From Candidatus Zambryskibacteria bacterium RIFCSPLOWO2_01_FULL_35_19 (GTDB lineage: Bacteria > Patescibacteriota > Minisyncoccia > Phycocordibacterales > WO2-35-19): DNA of 64,000 nt. Both the position numbers and the translations under genes were made by a program. Shown in pieces: positions 17,301 through 25,905 of the stretch (position 1 is the stretch's first letter; each line of letters starts with the position of its first letter). Under the pieces are notes generated by a model. The model saw only the letters and a program-made list of their open reading frames with translations. It was not told the DNA's origin and did not search any database. The stretch spans positions 35,341-99,340 of the forward strand of contig MHWA01000004.1 of assembly GCA_001825335.1 (NCBI GenBank), read 5' to 3'.

Positions 17301-19061
17301 TTAAACTAAAGTTCTGGGGAAATACATTAGGGGGTTGGCTCGGAGTATTTCCGCCTGCCTTGCGGCTAAAGTCATCGTTTTGATGTTTAAGACAAGCGGG
17401 AAACCTTCTTTTTCTTCCGAAACTTTGGAACCAAGCTTAATTGTTGCCGTCTCGGTTGAACTCGGGAAGCGAAAAACAACCGAAGCGTAATCCTCTTTTG
17501 CATAAAGAGTGATCCTTTCAACAAAAAGTCTGACTATTTCCATTTTTTCTTCGTAAGATACATCGTCCAGTCTCACTTTTACTTTTTCGTAAGCTTTTCC
17601 GATAGCCACTTCCCTTTCTGCTTTCTCTTTTTTAGTGAGCAGAGATTGCCTCAATCTGTTCGCTTCGTCATTAAGCTTCTTTTCTTCGGCCCCATTTGAA
17701 TTACTATGCTCACTGTATTTTTCTTTGTCTATTTGACCGTTGATGTAGAGGTCGTCTACTCGGCTTTGTCTAATCTGAACAGACGATAGCTCTACAGCTA
17801 TTTGCTCGAGCCTCTCTTTGACATTCTCCGGGCTTTCTTCCCTATAGATGTATTTCTCCAAAGGGTCAAACATATTCTTTGGATTCTTAAGGATTTCTTT
17901 GAGACATTCCCAGATTGGTTCTAGTCTGGATTCGGCATAAACCGGACACCACTTACAACGCTTTGAAGTACCGATCGGTTTGTCATTGTGATAAGTACCA
18001 TGGTAGTACCTGCCTCCGGCCATAGGCCACTTTTTTGTTGGCGGTTGGTAGCCAGAAAACATTTTGTATCCACACACTCCGCAATATATGAGTTTTGCAT
18101 ACATGTAATCTCTCTTTTGATTTCGCCTTGCAAGTTCTCTGTTTTTTAGAAGTTGTGTTTTTGCCGCTTCAAACATTTCTCTGGTGATTATGGGTTGTGT
18201 CTCCATTGGTATCCAATCCTCTTTCGGTCTAAGCATTCTTTTATCGGTAATGCTTGTGAGATTATTGAATGGTCTTTTGTATTTTCTGTAGAAAAAATTT
18301 CCAGTGTAGGTTTCGTTGGTCAAAATGCGACCGATAGTTCGTTTGTGCCAGTAGTCTAAGGTCTTTCGTTTTTTATACTTAGCAACATACGGAGCTGAAA
18401 CTTTAAGTTGATTCATTCTCTTTTCAATTTCTCGTAAGGGAAGTTTTTCGTCGACTGCCCAATGAAAAAGTTTTTTGACGATTTTGGCTTGTTCCGGTTC
18501 AATAACGAGTCTCTTTGTGGTTTTATCTACTCGGTAGCCGTAAGTCGCAACACCAGTCACAAAGTTTCCTTGTTTAGCGGCCTGAAGTTTGCCACCCAGA
18601 GTTCTCTCGCGAATCATTCCCCTTTCAAACTGAGCAAACATGGCTAGTATTTGCATGACCATTTGTCCAACGGGAGTTGAAGTGTCAATCGGCTCTGTCA
18701 CGGATCGGAAAATAACTTTCAGCGCTTCAAAATGTTCAATGATTCCCAAGAACACTTTTAAGTTTCTGGCCAGACGGTCAATTTTATAAACTAAAACCAC
18801 ATCAAACTCTTTTTGCTCAGCGTCTTTAAGAAGCTGTGTCAGTCCAGTTCTTTTTTCGGGATGGGTGCTACCGGATATAGTGTCTTTGTAGATGTGAGAT
18901 TCTTCAAGTTCAAATCCTTGTGATTTACAGTAGTTTTGTCCTCTTTCAAGTTGTACTTCTGGACCAAAATGTTCTTCATCATCTTGGCCTGTTGTCGAAA
19001 CGCGAATATACAAAGCCGCTTTTAATTTTTTATCCTCTTCTTTTTTAGTTGTCTCTATCAT
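17301..19061 (-). CDS. large serine recombinase (resolvase N-domain, recombinase domain, zinc ribbon, coiled coil)
   Basis: 586 aa; catalytic region ALYIRVSTTGQ; DRLARN; zinc ribbon CGVCGYKM...CKWC; long C-terminal coiled coil. Confidence 0.9.
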   Translation of the reverse strand: MIETTKKEEDKKLKAALYIRVSTTGQDDEEHFGPEVQLERGQNYCKSQGFELEESHIYKDTISGSTHPEKRTGLTQLLKDAEQKEFDVVLVYKIDRLARNLKVFLGIIEHFEALKVIFRSVTEPIDTSTPVGQMVMQILAMFAQFERGMIRERTLGGKLQAAKQGNFVTGVATYGYRVDKTTKRLVIEPEQAKIVKKLFHWAVDEKLPLREIEKRMNQLKVSAPYVAKYKKRKTLDYWHKRTIGRILTNETYTGNFFYRKYKRPFNNLTSITDKRMLRPKEDWIPMETQPIITREMFEAAKTQLLKNRELARRNQKRDYMYAKLIYCGVCGYKMFSGYQPPTKKWPMAGGRYYHGTYHNDKPIGTSKRCKWCPVYAESRLEPIWECLKEILKNPKNMFDPLEKYIYREESPENVKERLEQIAVELSSVQIRQSRVDDLYINGQIDKEKYSEHSNSNGAEEKKLNDEANRLRQSLLTKKEKAEREVAIGKAYEKVKVRLDDVSYEEKMEIVRLFVERITLYAKEDYASVVFRFPSSTETATIKLGSKVSEEKEGFPLVLNIKTMTLAARQAEILRANPLMYFPRTLV

Positions 19062-19650
19062 GATTTTTTTGCTGACAAATTTTCAGTATCTTTTCTGGAG
19101 TTGCAAACTCAATTTCTTTTGATTTTATTTTTATTAACTGCCTTATGAGATCTTCTTTGTTTAGAGATTCAATCTCTTTGATTAAATCCGCTAGTAAATA
19201 ATCTCGTAAATCTTCAATACTATTCATAGTTTCAGGAAGCCCTTATTTGTTATTTCTAAAATATGCTTTTAAATAAAGGTTTCCTAAATACTATTGTTAT
19301 AGGTGTGTATATATAAGTACATATACTTACACATTTCTTTTGTTAACAACTGATGCGGGCATTGGTGCGCTTTACAGAATCTAAGGCCTTTTTGAGTCGA
19401 AAAGAAAAAGCCCACTATATTTTGAATTTTCTTTGATTACGACGCTTCAGAGAGTCTTTTTCCATCTCAGCAAATACCCCTAACATTAGCAGAATATCCC
19501 TTCCAAAAAGTTTCTCTCGTTCAGCAGTGTCACTGTTTCTATCATTTAACACACGTGGATACATTGCCACGTTTTTGATATTTTTTGATTTCATAAATTT
19601 AGATTTTTTAAGTTTGTAAATTTTCAAAGTTTAATTTCACTGATTTTCTC

Positions 19651-20403
19651 CTATGATTCTGAATTCTTACTCCATTCGTAAGGCCCCAAAGCCAAAAATT
19701 GGGCAACTCGCTCCTCACTGGAGAAAAACCAAGCGACAGTTTGAGTTTCAGCAATTCCCTTCCAGTACTCGTTTTCCCTCACATTTTTGAGAGCACAGAC
19801 AAGCTCCTCTGGCCAATACTCGTTAAATCTTGCTTTGATATTTTCTTTAGCTTCTCTGGTCAATCTTTGTCCAGAACGGATTATGTTTGAATAAAGTGTA
19901 TACATTTTTTCTATTTTCTTTTCTATTGCTTTACTATCTATTGTGCTTGCATTTTGTTCATTACTTAACGCTTGCACTTCGTTCAAGGGGGTGGAGCCAC
20001 TTTTTTCTCCACCCGCCTGAACTTGTTGCAAGACTAGAGTATATTCGCTTGTCCACCCCTTGCGTTTCCTAATCGTGATGAACCCCTTATCTTCTAACTT
20101 ATGAAGTGACGTAACGACTTGTCTGTAGCTGAGACCTGTTCCAGTCCCGATCTTGCCACCGCCATTTGCTATTTGTTCTATGCTCATTGTGTCCGAGTTT
20201 TTCTGGAAGCCCCAGGTTCTGCGTAAGATAAACAAAAGCACTCGTGTTTCAGAGCCATTAAGCAGGTGCATGTATGAATCCAGGAGACGAGGAAACATCC
20301 AGAAATTTTTCTTCATTTCTGGAGGAAAGCCAGGAAATTGTTTGGGGTTGTCTTGCATATTTATTAATCTTCGTCCTTCCCATCCTCTTCTTCTGCGAGC
20401 CAA
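19651..20403 (-). CDS. winged-helix DNA-binding protein, phage replisome-organiser/initiator-like
   Basis: 250 aa; RVLLFILRRTWGF...MSIEQIANGGGKIGTGTGLSYRQVVTSLHKLEDKGFITIRK, which resembles the N-terminal domain of phage replication initiation proteins. Confidence 0.4.
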   Translation of the reverse strand: MARRRRGWEGRRLINMQDNPKQFPGFPPEMKKNFWMFPRLLDSYMHLLNGSETRVLLFILRRTWGFQKNSDTMSIEQIANGGGKIGTGTGLSYRQVVTSLHKLEDKGFITIRKRKGWTSEYTLVLQQVQAGGEKSGSTPLNEVQALSNEQNASTIDSKAIEKKIEKMYTLYSNIIRSGQRLTREAKENIKARFNEYWPEELVCALKNVRENEYWKGIAETQTVAWFFSSEERVAQFLALGPYEWSKNSES

Positions 20404-20693
20404 TCTCCAATTGTCATTATCTCTTCGTAGGAGTATGTGAATTTTAGATCAATCTCTCTGCCCTGAATGCGAAATACAATATTTGGACTACCCATATTTG
20501 TTAGAGAATCGTCCAAAAAAGATGGATAGAACGAAATATCAAGCCTTATGGGTTCAGTCATATGTTTGTCGTTGGTGGTATCCCATAGAATTTTGTTAAC
20601 AGCTACTACTACTTTTTCAGCAATTTCTTTAAACGAACTTTTATTAAATTCTTGTGACATTTTTTTGCCACCTTTCTTATTTGTTGTTGACAT
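20364..20693 (-). CDS. hypothetical protein (109 aa)
   Basis: Acidic C-terminus; overlaps the next gene's start by 40 nt, consistent with an operon. Confidence 0.3.
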   Translation of the reverse strand: MSTTNKKGGKKMSQEFNKSSFKEIAEKVVVAVNKILWDTTNDKHMTEPIRLDISFYPSFLDDSLTNMGSPNIVFRIQGREIDLKFTYSYEEIMTIGDWLAEEEDGKDED

Positions 20694-20763
20694 AATTTTA
20701 AATAATTCTTAAGAAGGAGTGTGGGAGCGGACTGACTATTGACCACCCCCAGTTCCTTTACGA

Positions 20764-21195
20764 TTACACTTTTCTATCTCTTGGGGGAACAGGAATGTTT
20801 TGAACTGATTTGTATGTGTTCTTGGTTTTCTTTTTTATCTGCTTTTTTGTCAAATAGCTTGTGTCATCTCTCATTGCCCAATATTCGTCTGGGTCATTGA
20901 AGTACATACTCGGTGTTCCCGCCTCAAACGCACCACTGGAATATTCCAAAGTGTATTTTGGATCATACGCCTTGCCGAAGCTGATTTGTCTGTTAAGCAC
21001 AAGTGGAAGTTTTTTCTTGGAAGGCAACAGTCTTATCCTCAGGATGATATCCCTGGGTATAATCTTGTCTCCTCCACTGAAAAACCCTCTTTTCTCCAAT
21101 TCTGTCGTAATCAACCATTCGGCATCATCTAACAAGTACCAGAGATATTTTTGGTCTTCTGGAAACTCTTTAATTTTTTTAATTTTGTAATTCAT
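20764..21195 (-). CDS. hypothetical protein (143 aa)
   Basis: ORF with plausible composition; no motif. Confidence 0.3.
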   Translation of the reverse strand: MNYKIKKIKEFPEDQKYLWYLLDDAEWLITTELEKRGFFSGGDKIIPRDIILRIRLLPSKKKLPLVLNRQISFGKAYDPKYTLEYSSGAFEAGTPSMYFNDPDEYWAMRDDTSYLTKKQIKKKTKNTYKSVQNIPVPPRDRKV

Positions 21196-21274
21196 AGATT
21201 TTATGCGGTCGGAACGCGGAGCACTTCTACAAAGTACTCCGCTCCTGCCACCGCAATTTATTTACTAACTCAAA

Positions 21275-21589
21275 CTACTCCAGTGGAATCTGGAACTGCG
21301 CCGTCTTTGTATGCTTGCGATAGTATCTAGAGGCCAACTCCATGATAGGAGTCTTGCCTCTAAGGTCCAGTTTGATCTGAGCTTCTTTGAGCTTCGCTGG
21401 TATTTTGCCGAATGCTTTCACTAGACTTGTGGCTATCTGGTTTGCTCCGTCTTCCAGTATGGCCGGCACTATTCCGTAACCTCTGGGCGGCATTGAGTTT
21501 TTGAATTGATATTTCATAACAATTCTTGTTTCTTGTTGGATTATTTTGTTCGCTTTGGAGAAGTATGCTAAACAAACGAGTAAAAGCAC
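21275..21589 (-). CDS. hypothetical protein (possible frameshift with overlapping ORF 21360..21653)
   Basis: Two overlapping reverse-strand ORFs in different frames; the downstream frame has the more protein-like sequence. Confidence 0.25.
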   Translation of the reverse strand: MLLLVCLAYFSKANKIIQQETRIVMKYQFKNSMPPRGYGIVPAILEDGANQIATSLVKAFGKIPAKLKEAQIKLDLRGKTPIMELASRYYRKHTKTAQFQIPLE

Positions 21590-22092
21590 CCGACAAAGAG
21601 TTGCCGGAACCGACCTCTTGCTTTTTTTGTTTGTTGCTCATTTTGACGAACAAAAAATCCGCTTATAATTTGCGGATGCAAGTGGTCAGCATTACGAGAT
21701 TCTGAAGCTGATGCAAACGCATCCTGTCTGAATCCCGTTGGGGCTGAGTCCTTAGTTGTAAGTTTACACTACCATAACCTCTAATTTTTACTTTATGGAA
21801 CCTGTGGATAACGATAAAATACAACACGAAACTTTTAATCTGCAAGACACCCAGATTGCCCGTTAAAAATAAAGCCATATAAAACCATTACTTATACCCC
21901 AAAATTCAGCAGCCGTGAACGCGCAGCCCGACGAAATGATGCTAGCCACCTACTCCTAGTCAGTGCCCAGAAAGGATGTGGCAGAGCAAAGCAGTGCCCA
22001 TTTTCTTAACTTTTCACTTTGAAAGTTGTAAACGAGTGAGGTTCGCACGGAAGCCATAATAAATGAGATTGATTGTCTCTCGCATCTTTTAT

Positions 22093-22614
22093 CTACTCAA
22101 ATTTATCAACAATTTTGTCCAGTTTGTCTGACGCTTCCAGTATCATATTCATAGACTGGTCATAGAGTTTAGAGTCATGTTTGTCTATTGCTCTTCTGTA
22201 AATCGGCATGGAATCTCTAAATAATTCAAAAGCTTGTAAAACTTCTTGATGTATAAGAATCAAGTCTTCAGGCGGAACAATGGCTTTAACTCTTTCGTAA
22301 GATTTTTCTATGATTAGTGTGTGTTTTGCCAACTCCGTCACATCCTTATTTGTCCAGTATTGTTGATACGATTGTAAAAGATTTCGTGCCTCCATTGAAT
22401 TAGTCACATCTTCATAAACACCAATCACTTGGTTGAAGTAAACGGAGGTGCTGTATTTGTTTGCTACATATTTATTATCAGATGGTAGAGACGAAGAAGG
22501 ATTTGATCCACCAGAAAAAGCTACATAAGCCCACAACATTAGAAGCACAAAAAATAAAATAGTCAAAAATCTTTGTGTCTTCTTTGTTTTCACCTCACCA
22601 TTTGTAGAATCCAT
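22093..22614 (-). CDS. hypothetical membrane-anchored protein (173 aa)
   Basis: N-terminal TM LTILFFVLLMLWAYVAF, then a soluble domain. Confidence 0.35.
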   Translation of the reverse strand: MDSTNGEVKTKKTQRFLTILFFVLLMLWAYVAFSGGSNPSSSLPSDNKYVANKYSTSVYFNQVIGVYEDVTNSMEARNLLQSYQQYWTNKDVTELAKHTLIIEKSYERVKAIVPPEDLILIHQEVLQAFELFRDSMPIYRRAIDKHDSKLYDQSMNMILEASDKLDKIVDKFE

Positions 22615-22968
22615 AAAATTTGAATTAAAAAAAACCTGCTACTAATGCAGGCGGCAAGACTCCGACAAAAAGCCCGCCACCAGGAAGGTCCGAAGACCTC
22701 TATAAGAGTTTCCCCTTATAACGTTGAGAACGCCCTGAATGACGGGTTGTTTGTTCTCAACGATTTTCGACCATGCCAGAGTTTGAAGCTACTGGTTTAG
22801 GTCTTTCGGACTATTTAGTTGTATTTATATAGTAATACTTGCCTCTCGTTAAGTAAACAAGTAATTTGAAAAGGCCTTATTATAAATTTATACAAAAAGG
22901 TATAATGACCTTACAAATCCATAGCCTAAACCGTTTTAGCGGCATGGCAAAAACCAACCACGAAATCC

Positions 22969-23994
22969 TCATTGAGGCCTAATTTGCGGTTGGGCGGTCG
23001 ATGAGGATTTTATATTATTCGCTTTTCCTTTAGTCCATTTTTTCGGCACTCTCCGATTCAGTTTTTGCAAGAGTTTAATCTTCAGATTTCTGGATCGGCA
23101 ATGAGAAAGGATTCCGTTATAAGAAGAAAAATTCTTATCTGTCGCTTTCCTTAGTATTCTCTTTTTGGTTTTGGTTCTCAAAATTCTGTAGCTAGGAAAA
23201 CAAACATAGCCAAGGTAATCAATGCCGCTTGAATAAGTTTTCAAGACTATCTTATCTGGATGGATTCTTAATTTTAAATTTTGCTCAGTGAAGTTTTGAA
23301 TTTTGGAAAGGCACAATTCCAAAAAACTTTTGTCTGTGTGCATAAGGATAAAATCATCAGCATATCTGATATATCCCTTGACTTTCAGTTCATGTTTCAC
23401 AAATTGATCAAGTTTATCCATGTAAATATTGGCAAAAATTTGAGAAGTGAGGTTACCAAGCGGTATGCCGGAACCAAAACTTTCCGTTATATCTTCAAAA
23501 AGTTTGATCAGTCTGCAATCAAAAGTCTCTTTTCTTAATATTTTAAGAAGTATTTCGTGGTCAACGGAATCAAAAAATTTCCTGATATCCAGCTTCAATA
23601 CCCACAATGTCCTGCTGTTATTACGAGAAAGCTTAAGTCCCATTTTATAAAGACGCTTAATGGCCCAGTGAGTGCCTTTGTATTTTCTGGAAGACCAAGA
23701 GTCAAAGATAAACTTCTTATCCCACATCTGCTCTATAACTCTGATTATTGCATGATGCAAAAGCCTGTCCCTGACGCTTGCCTTGTGAATATGCCTCTTT
23801 TTTGGATCATTAATGAAAAAGGAAAAATAACCGCCATGTTTATATACCCCATTTACCAAATCTTCATGCAATTTAAAAATATTGTCTTCAAGGTTAAGCT
23901 CAAATTCGGCGACATCCTTCTTTCTCCTTTTGTCCCTGCGAAACTCGGTCCATGCGTCGAACAAATTTTTTAGTGAAATAATTTTTTCAAACAT
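22969..23994 (-). CDS. DGR reverse transcriptase
   Basis: 341 aa; the N-terminus matches the DGR RT pattern (ELNLEDNIFKLHEDLVNGVYKHGGYFSFFINDPKKRHIHKASVRDRLLHHAI); IPLGNLTSQIFANIYM; catalytic IRYADDFILMH. Confidence 0.85.
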   Translation of the reverse strand: MFEKIISLKNLFDAWTEFRRDKRRKKDVAEFELNLEDNIFKLHEDLVNGVYKHGGYFSFFINDPKKRHIHKASVRDRLLHHAIIRVIEQMWDKKFIFDSWSSRKYKGTHWAIKRLYKMGLKLSRNNSRTLWVLKLDIRKFFDSVDHEILLKILRKETFDCRLIKLFEDITESFGSGIPLGNLTSQIFANIYMDKLDQFVKHELKVKGYIRYADDFILMHTDKSFLELCLSKIQNFTEQNLKLRIHPDKIVLKTYSSGIDYLGYVCFPSYRILRTKTKKRILRKATDKNFSSYNGILSHCRSRNLKIKLLQKLNRRVPKKWTKGKANNIKSSSTAQPQIRPQ

Positions 23995-23995
23995 A

Positions 23996-24376
23996 ATGAA
24001 TACAAAAAATGATATTAAAACCGCCGAACAAACTCCTCTGTTCCAAGCAGTCTATAAGCTGTATCTATCATGGTATGTCAGATGCAGCCAAATTCCAAAG
24101 AAAGATAGATTCACTATAGGCCAAAAGACAGAAAATCTGCTTTTGGAAATTCTAATTTTGGTAGTTACCGCCTACCATACGAACAATCCGGAATATAAAA
24201 GGCAATCTCTATCTAAAGCAAATACTCTGCTTGAATGCGTCAAAGTCACTATCCGGTTGGCCAAAGATGTTAAAGCTTTGGAACAGCGCTGGTATATTGA
24301 TTACCAAACCAGAATCCAGGAAATGGGTAAAATGCTCGGCGGGTGGATCTCTAGTACATGCAAAACGAACGGATAA
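23996..24376 (+). CDS. avd: Avd-like accessory variability determinant (four-helix-bundle family)
   Basis: 127 aa from the internal ATG of ORF 23882..24376. YLSWYVRCSQIPKKDRFTIGQKTENLL...EMGKMLGGWISS parallels phage BPP-1 Avd as I recall it (YLYPIAQSIPRKHGV...EVGRILGSWIAR). It is oriented divergently from the RT; its stop overlaps a hairpin plus T-run. Confidence 0.6.
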   Translation: MNTKNDIKTAEQTPLFQAVYKLYLSWYVRCSQIPKKDRFTIGQKTENLLLEILILVVTAYHTNNPEYKRQSLSKANTLLECVKVTIRLAKDVKALEQRWYIDYQTRIQEMGKMLGGWISSTCKTNG

Positions 24377-24410
24377 ATGTCCGTCCGTTTTTTCTTTACG
24401 AGAGTGACTT

Positions 24411-24528
24411 CGGAGGGAAACAACACCCAAATTGTCGTTGCGTTGCCCTGGGTTATTGTTGTTGACGTTGACGCCGTTGCGGTCAGCGTTGCCGAGATTC
24501 ACAAGCTTGCCGTTAGAGGAAAGGGTTG
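24411..24528 (-). repeat. DGR template repeat (TR)
   Basis: ~118 nt matching both VRs. All ~13-14 mismatches to each VR fall where the TR has T on the plus strand, which is A on the transcribed minus strand. It translates as ...NLGNADRNGVNVNNNNPGQRNDNLGVVSL, rich in AAC codons. A hairpin follows its 3' end at 24362-24391. Confidence 0.8.
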
Positions 24529-24825
24529 TTTTTGCGTCTCTCCATCCAGATCAGAGGCCTTAACCGGGCAGGCGCATCTTATAGGATGTAAGTAGCGCCT
24601 GTTGTGTAAAAATGTGGTGGCTGATTTAATCCGTCACCTAAGTGAATTTACATAAATCACCACTCCAGAGCGACGCAAGCAGTTCTTCTCTCATAATTCA
24701 ATGTTGGCGAGAATCATGACATGCACGATCCTTCATTAGCCATAAACATTATAGCACCTCAAAAAAATTGCGGCGAAGAAACCAAAGATTCAAAGAATAA
24801 ATATCAAAGTATCAAGAGAGAAAAA

Positions 24826-25809
24826 TCAGCGGAGGGAAACAACACCCAAATTGCCGTCGCGATGCCCTGGGTCATCGTCGTTGACGTCGACGCCGCTGCG
24901 GCCAGCGTCGCCGAGATCCACAAGCCTGCCGTCAGAGGAAAGGGTGTTAGACCAGTCATAGTTTGCTTCCAAAATGCCCCTTTCTTTCCTATTTCTAAAC
25001 TGCAAAACCCAGTCATACAATATTTCCGCCGGAATACGCCTATGGTTTTTATTTATCAAAAGTTCCGAAAGTTTCCTTGCCACTTCTTTCCAATTTTTAT
25101 CATAATCTTCGTCAAGCATTTTTTGGAGTCCTTCAAGAAGTTCGTCGGTACATTCTTCTTGTTCTTCCTTTGAAACGGAATCCAAACCCATAAGATAATC
25201 GCGTAACACCTTGGTTTGTTCTATATAATTTTTACTGGTGGAATCGGGCACAAAATTTTTGCCAACCAGTTTCCATTCGGTCCTTAAAGAAGCGTTTTTG
25301 AAAAAATCTTCAGTTTGATACCAGCCTATGTCGTAAAGCAATTTTTCCTGTTCTTCTTCGCTATCTTCCTCTAAAATTGCTTGCATGAGTCCATTCATTC
25401 TCTCCATAGTCATAGGAGATCCTTCTCCATCGCTTTCTACCCGTAGCACAAGCATTTCTCCGTTCCCCTTAGCTTTTTCAAGTATTTCAGGACTATATGG
25501 AATGGCTGGCACTTTTTCTTGAGGGAATTCAAATCTAAAAGTACTCTTTATTTCTTCAACTCCATAAAAACTATCGCTCATGATCTCTTGGGCTTGTTCA
25601 TAAGAAGTTTCAATTCCTTCACTTGTTTTTTTATTACCAACACCAAGTTCTTGTTTAAGTTTTATATATTTTTCTTTTATAGCCTTGAGTTCCTGGACGC
25701 TTAAAGAGTTAAGCTCTCGGCCTTTTTGGATGACAGTTATTTCTTCAACAATTTTAGAGCCGAGCTCGCTCTCTTTTTCGGGATTTGTGGTTTTAGGTGC
25801 ACCTTCCAT
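24826..25809 (-). CDS. DGR target protein 1 (short paralog, C-terminal variable module)
   Basis: 327 aa; the C-terminal ~150 aa are paralogous to target 2; ends ...DLGDAGRSGVDVNDDDPGHRDGNLGVVSLR. Confidence 0.7.
   Translation of the reverse strand: MEGAPKTTNPEKESELGSKIVEEITVIQKGRELNSLSVQELKAIKEKYIKLKQELGVGNKKTSEGIETSYEQAQEIMSDSFYGVEEIKSTFRFEFPQEKVPAIPYSPEILEKAKGNGEMLVLRVESDGEGSPMTMERMNGLMQAILEEDSEEEQEKLLYDIGWYQTEDFFKNASLRTEWKLVGKNFVPDSTSKNYIEQTKVLRDYLMGLDSVSKEEQEECTDELLEGLQKMLDEDYDKNWKEVARKLSELLINKNHRRIPAEILYDWVLQFRNRKERGILEANYDWSNTLSSDGRLVDLGDAGRSGVDVNDDDPGHRDGNLGVVSLR
24829..24946 (-). repeat. DGR variable repeat VR1
   Basis: Begins immediately 5' of the stop codon; differs from the TR only at TR adenines (Asn AAC becomes Asp, Ser or Gly). 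Confidence 0.8.
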
Positions 25810-25905
25810 ATTTTTGCTTATTTAAAGCCAGTATATCATAAAAATTTTCGCGGAAAAACCAAAGGAACAAAGGGAAAAGATCAAAGGTTCAATATGAGAA
25901 AAGAA

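Noticed and set aside
24209-24502. Reverse ORF 24209..24502 (97 aa)
   Set aside because: It is the translation of the DGR template repeat plus its flanks. TRs are non-coding and there is no independent start signal.
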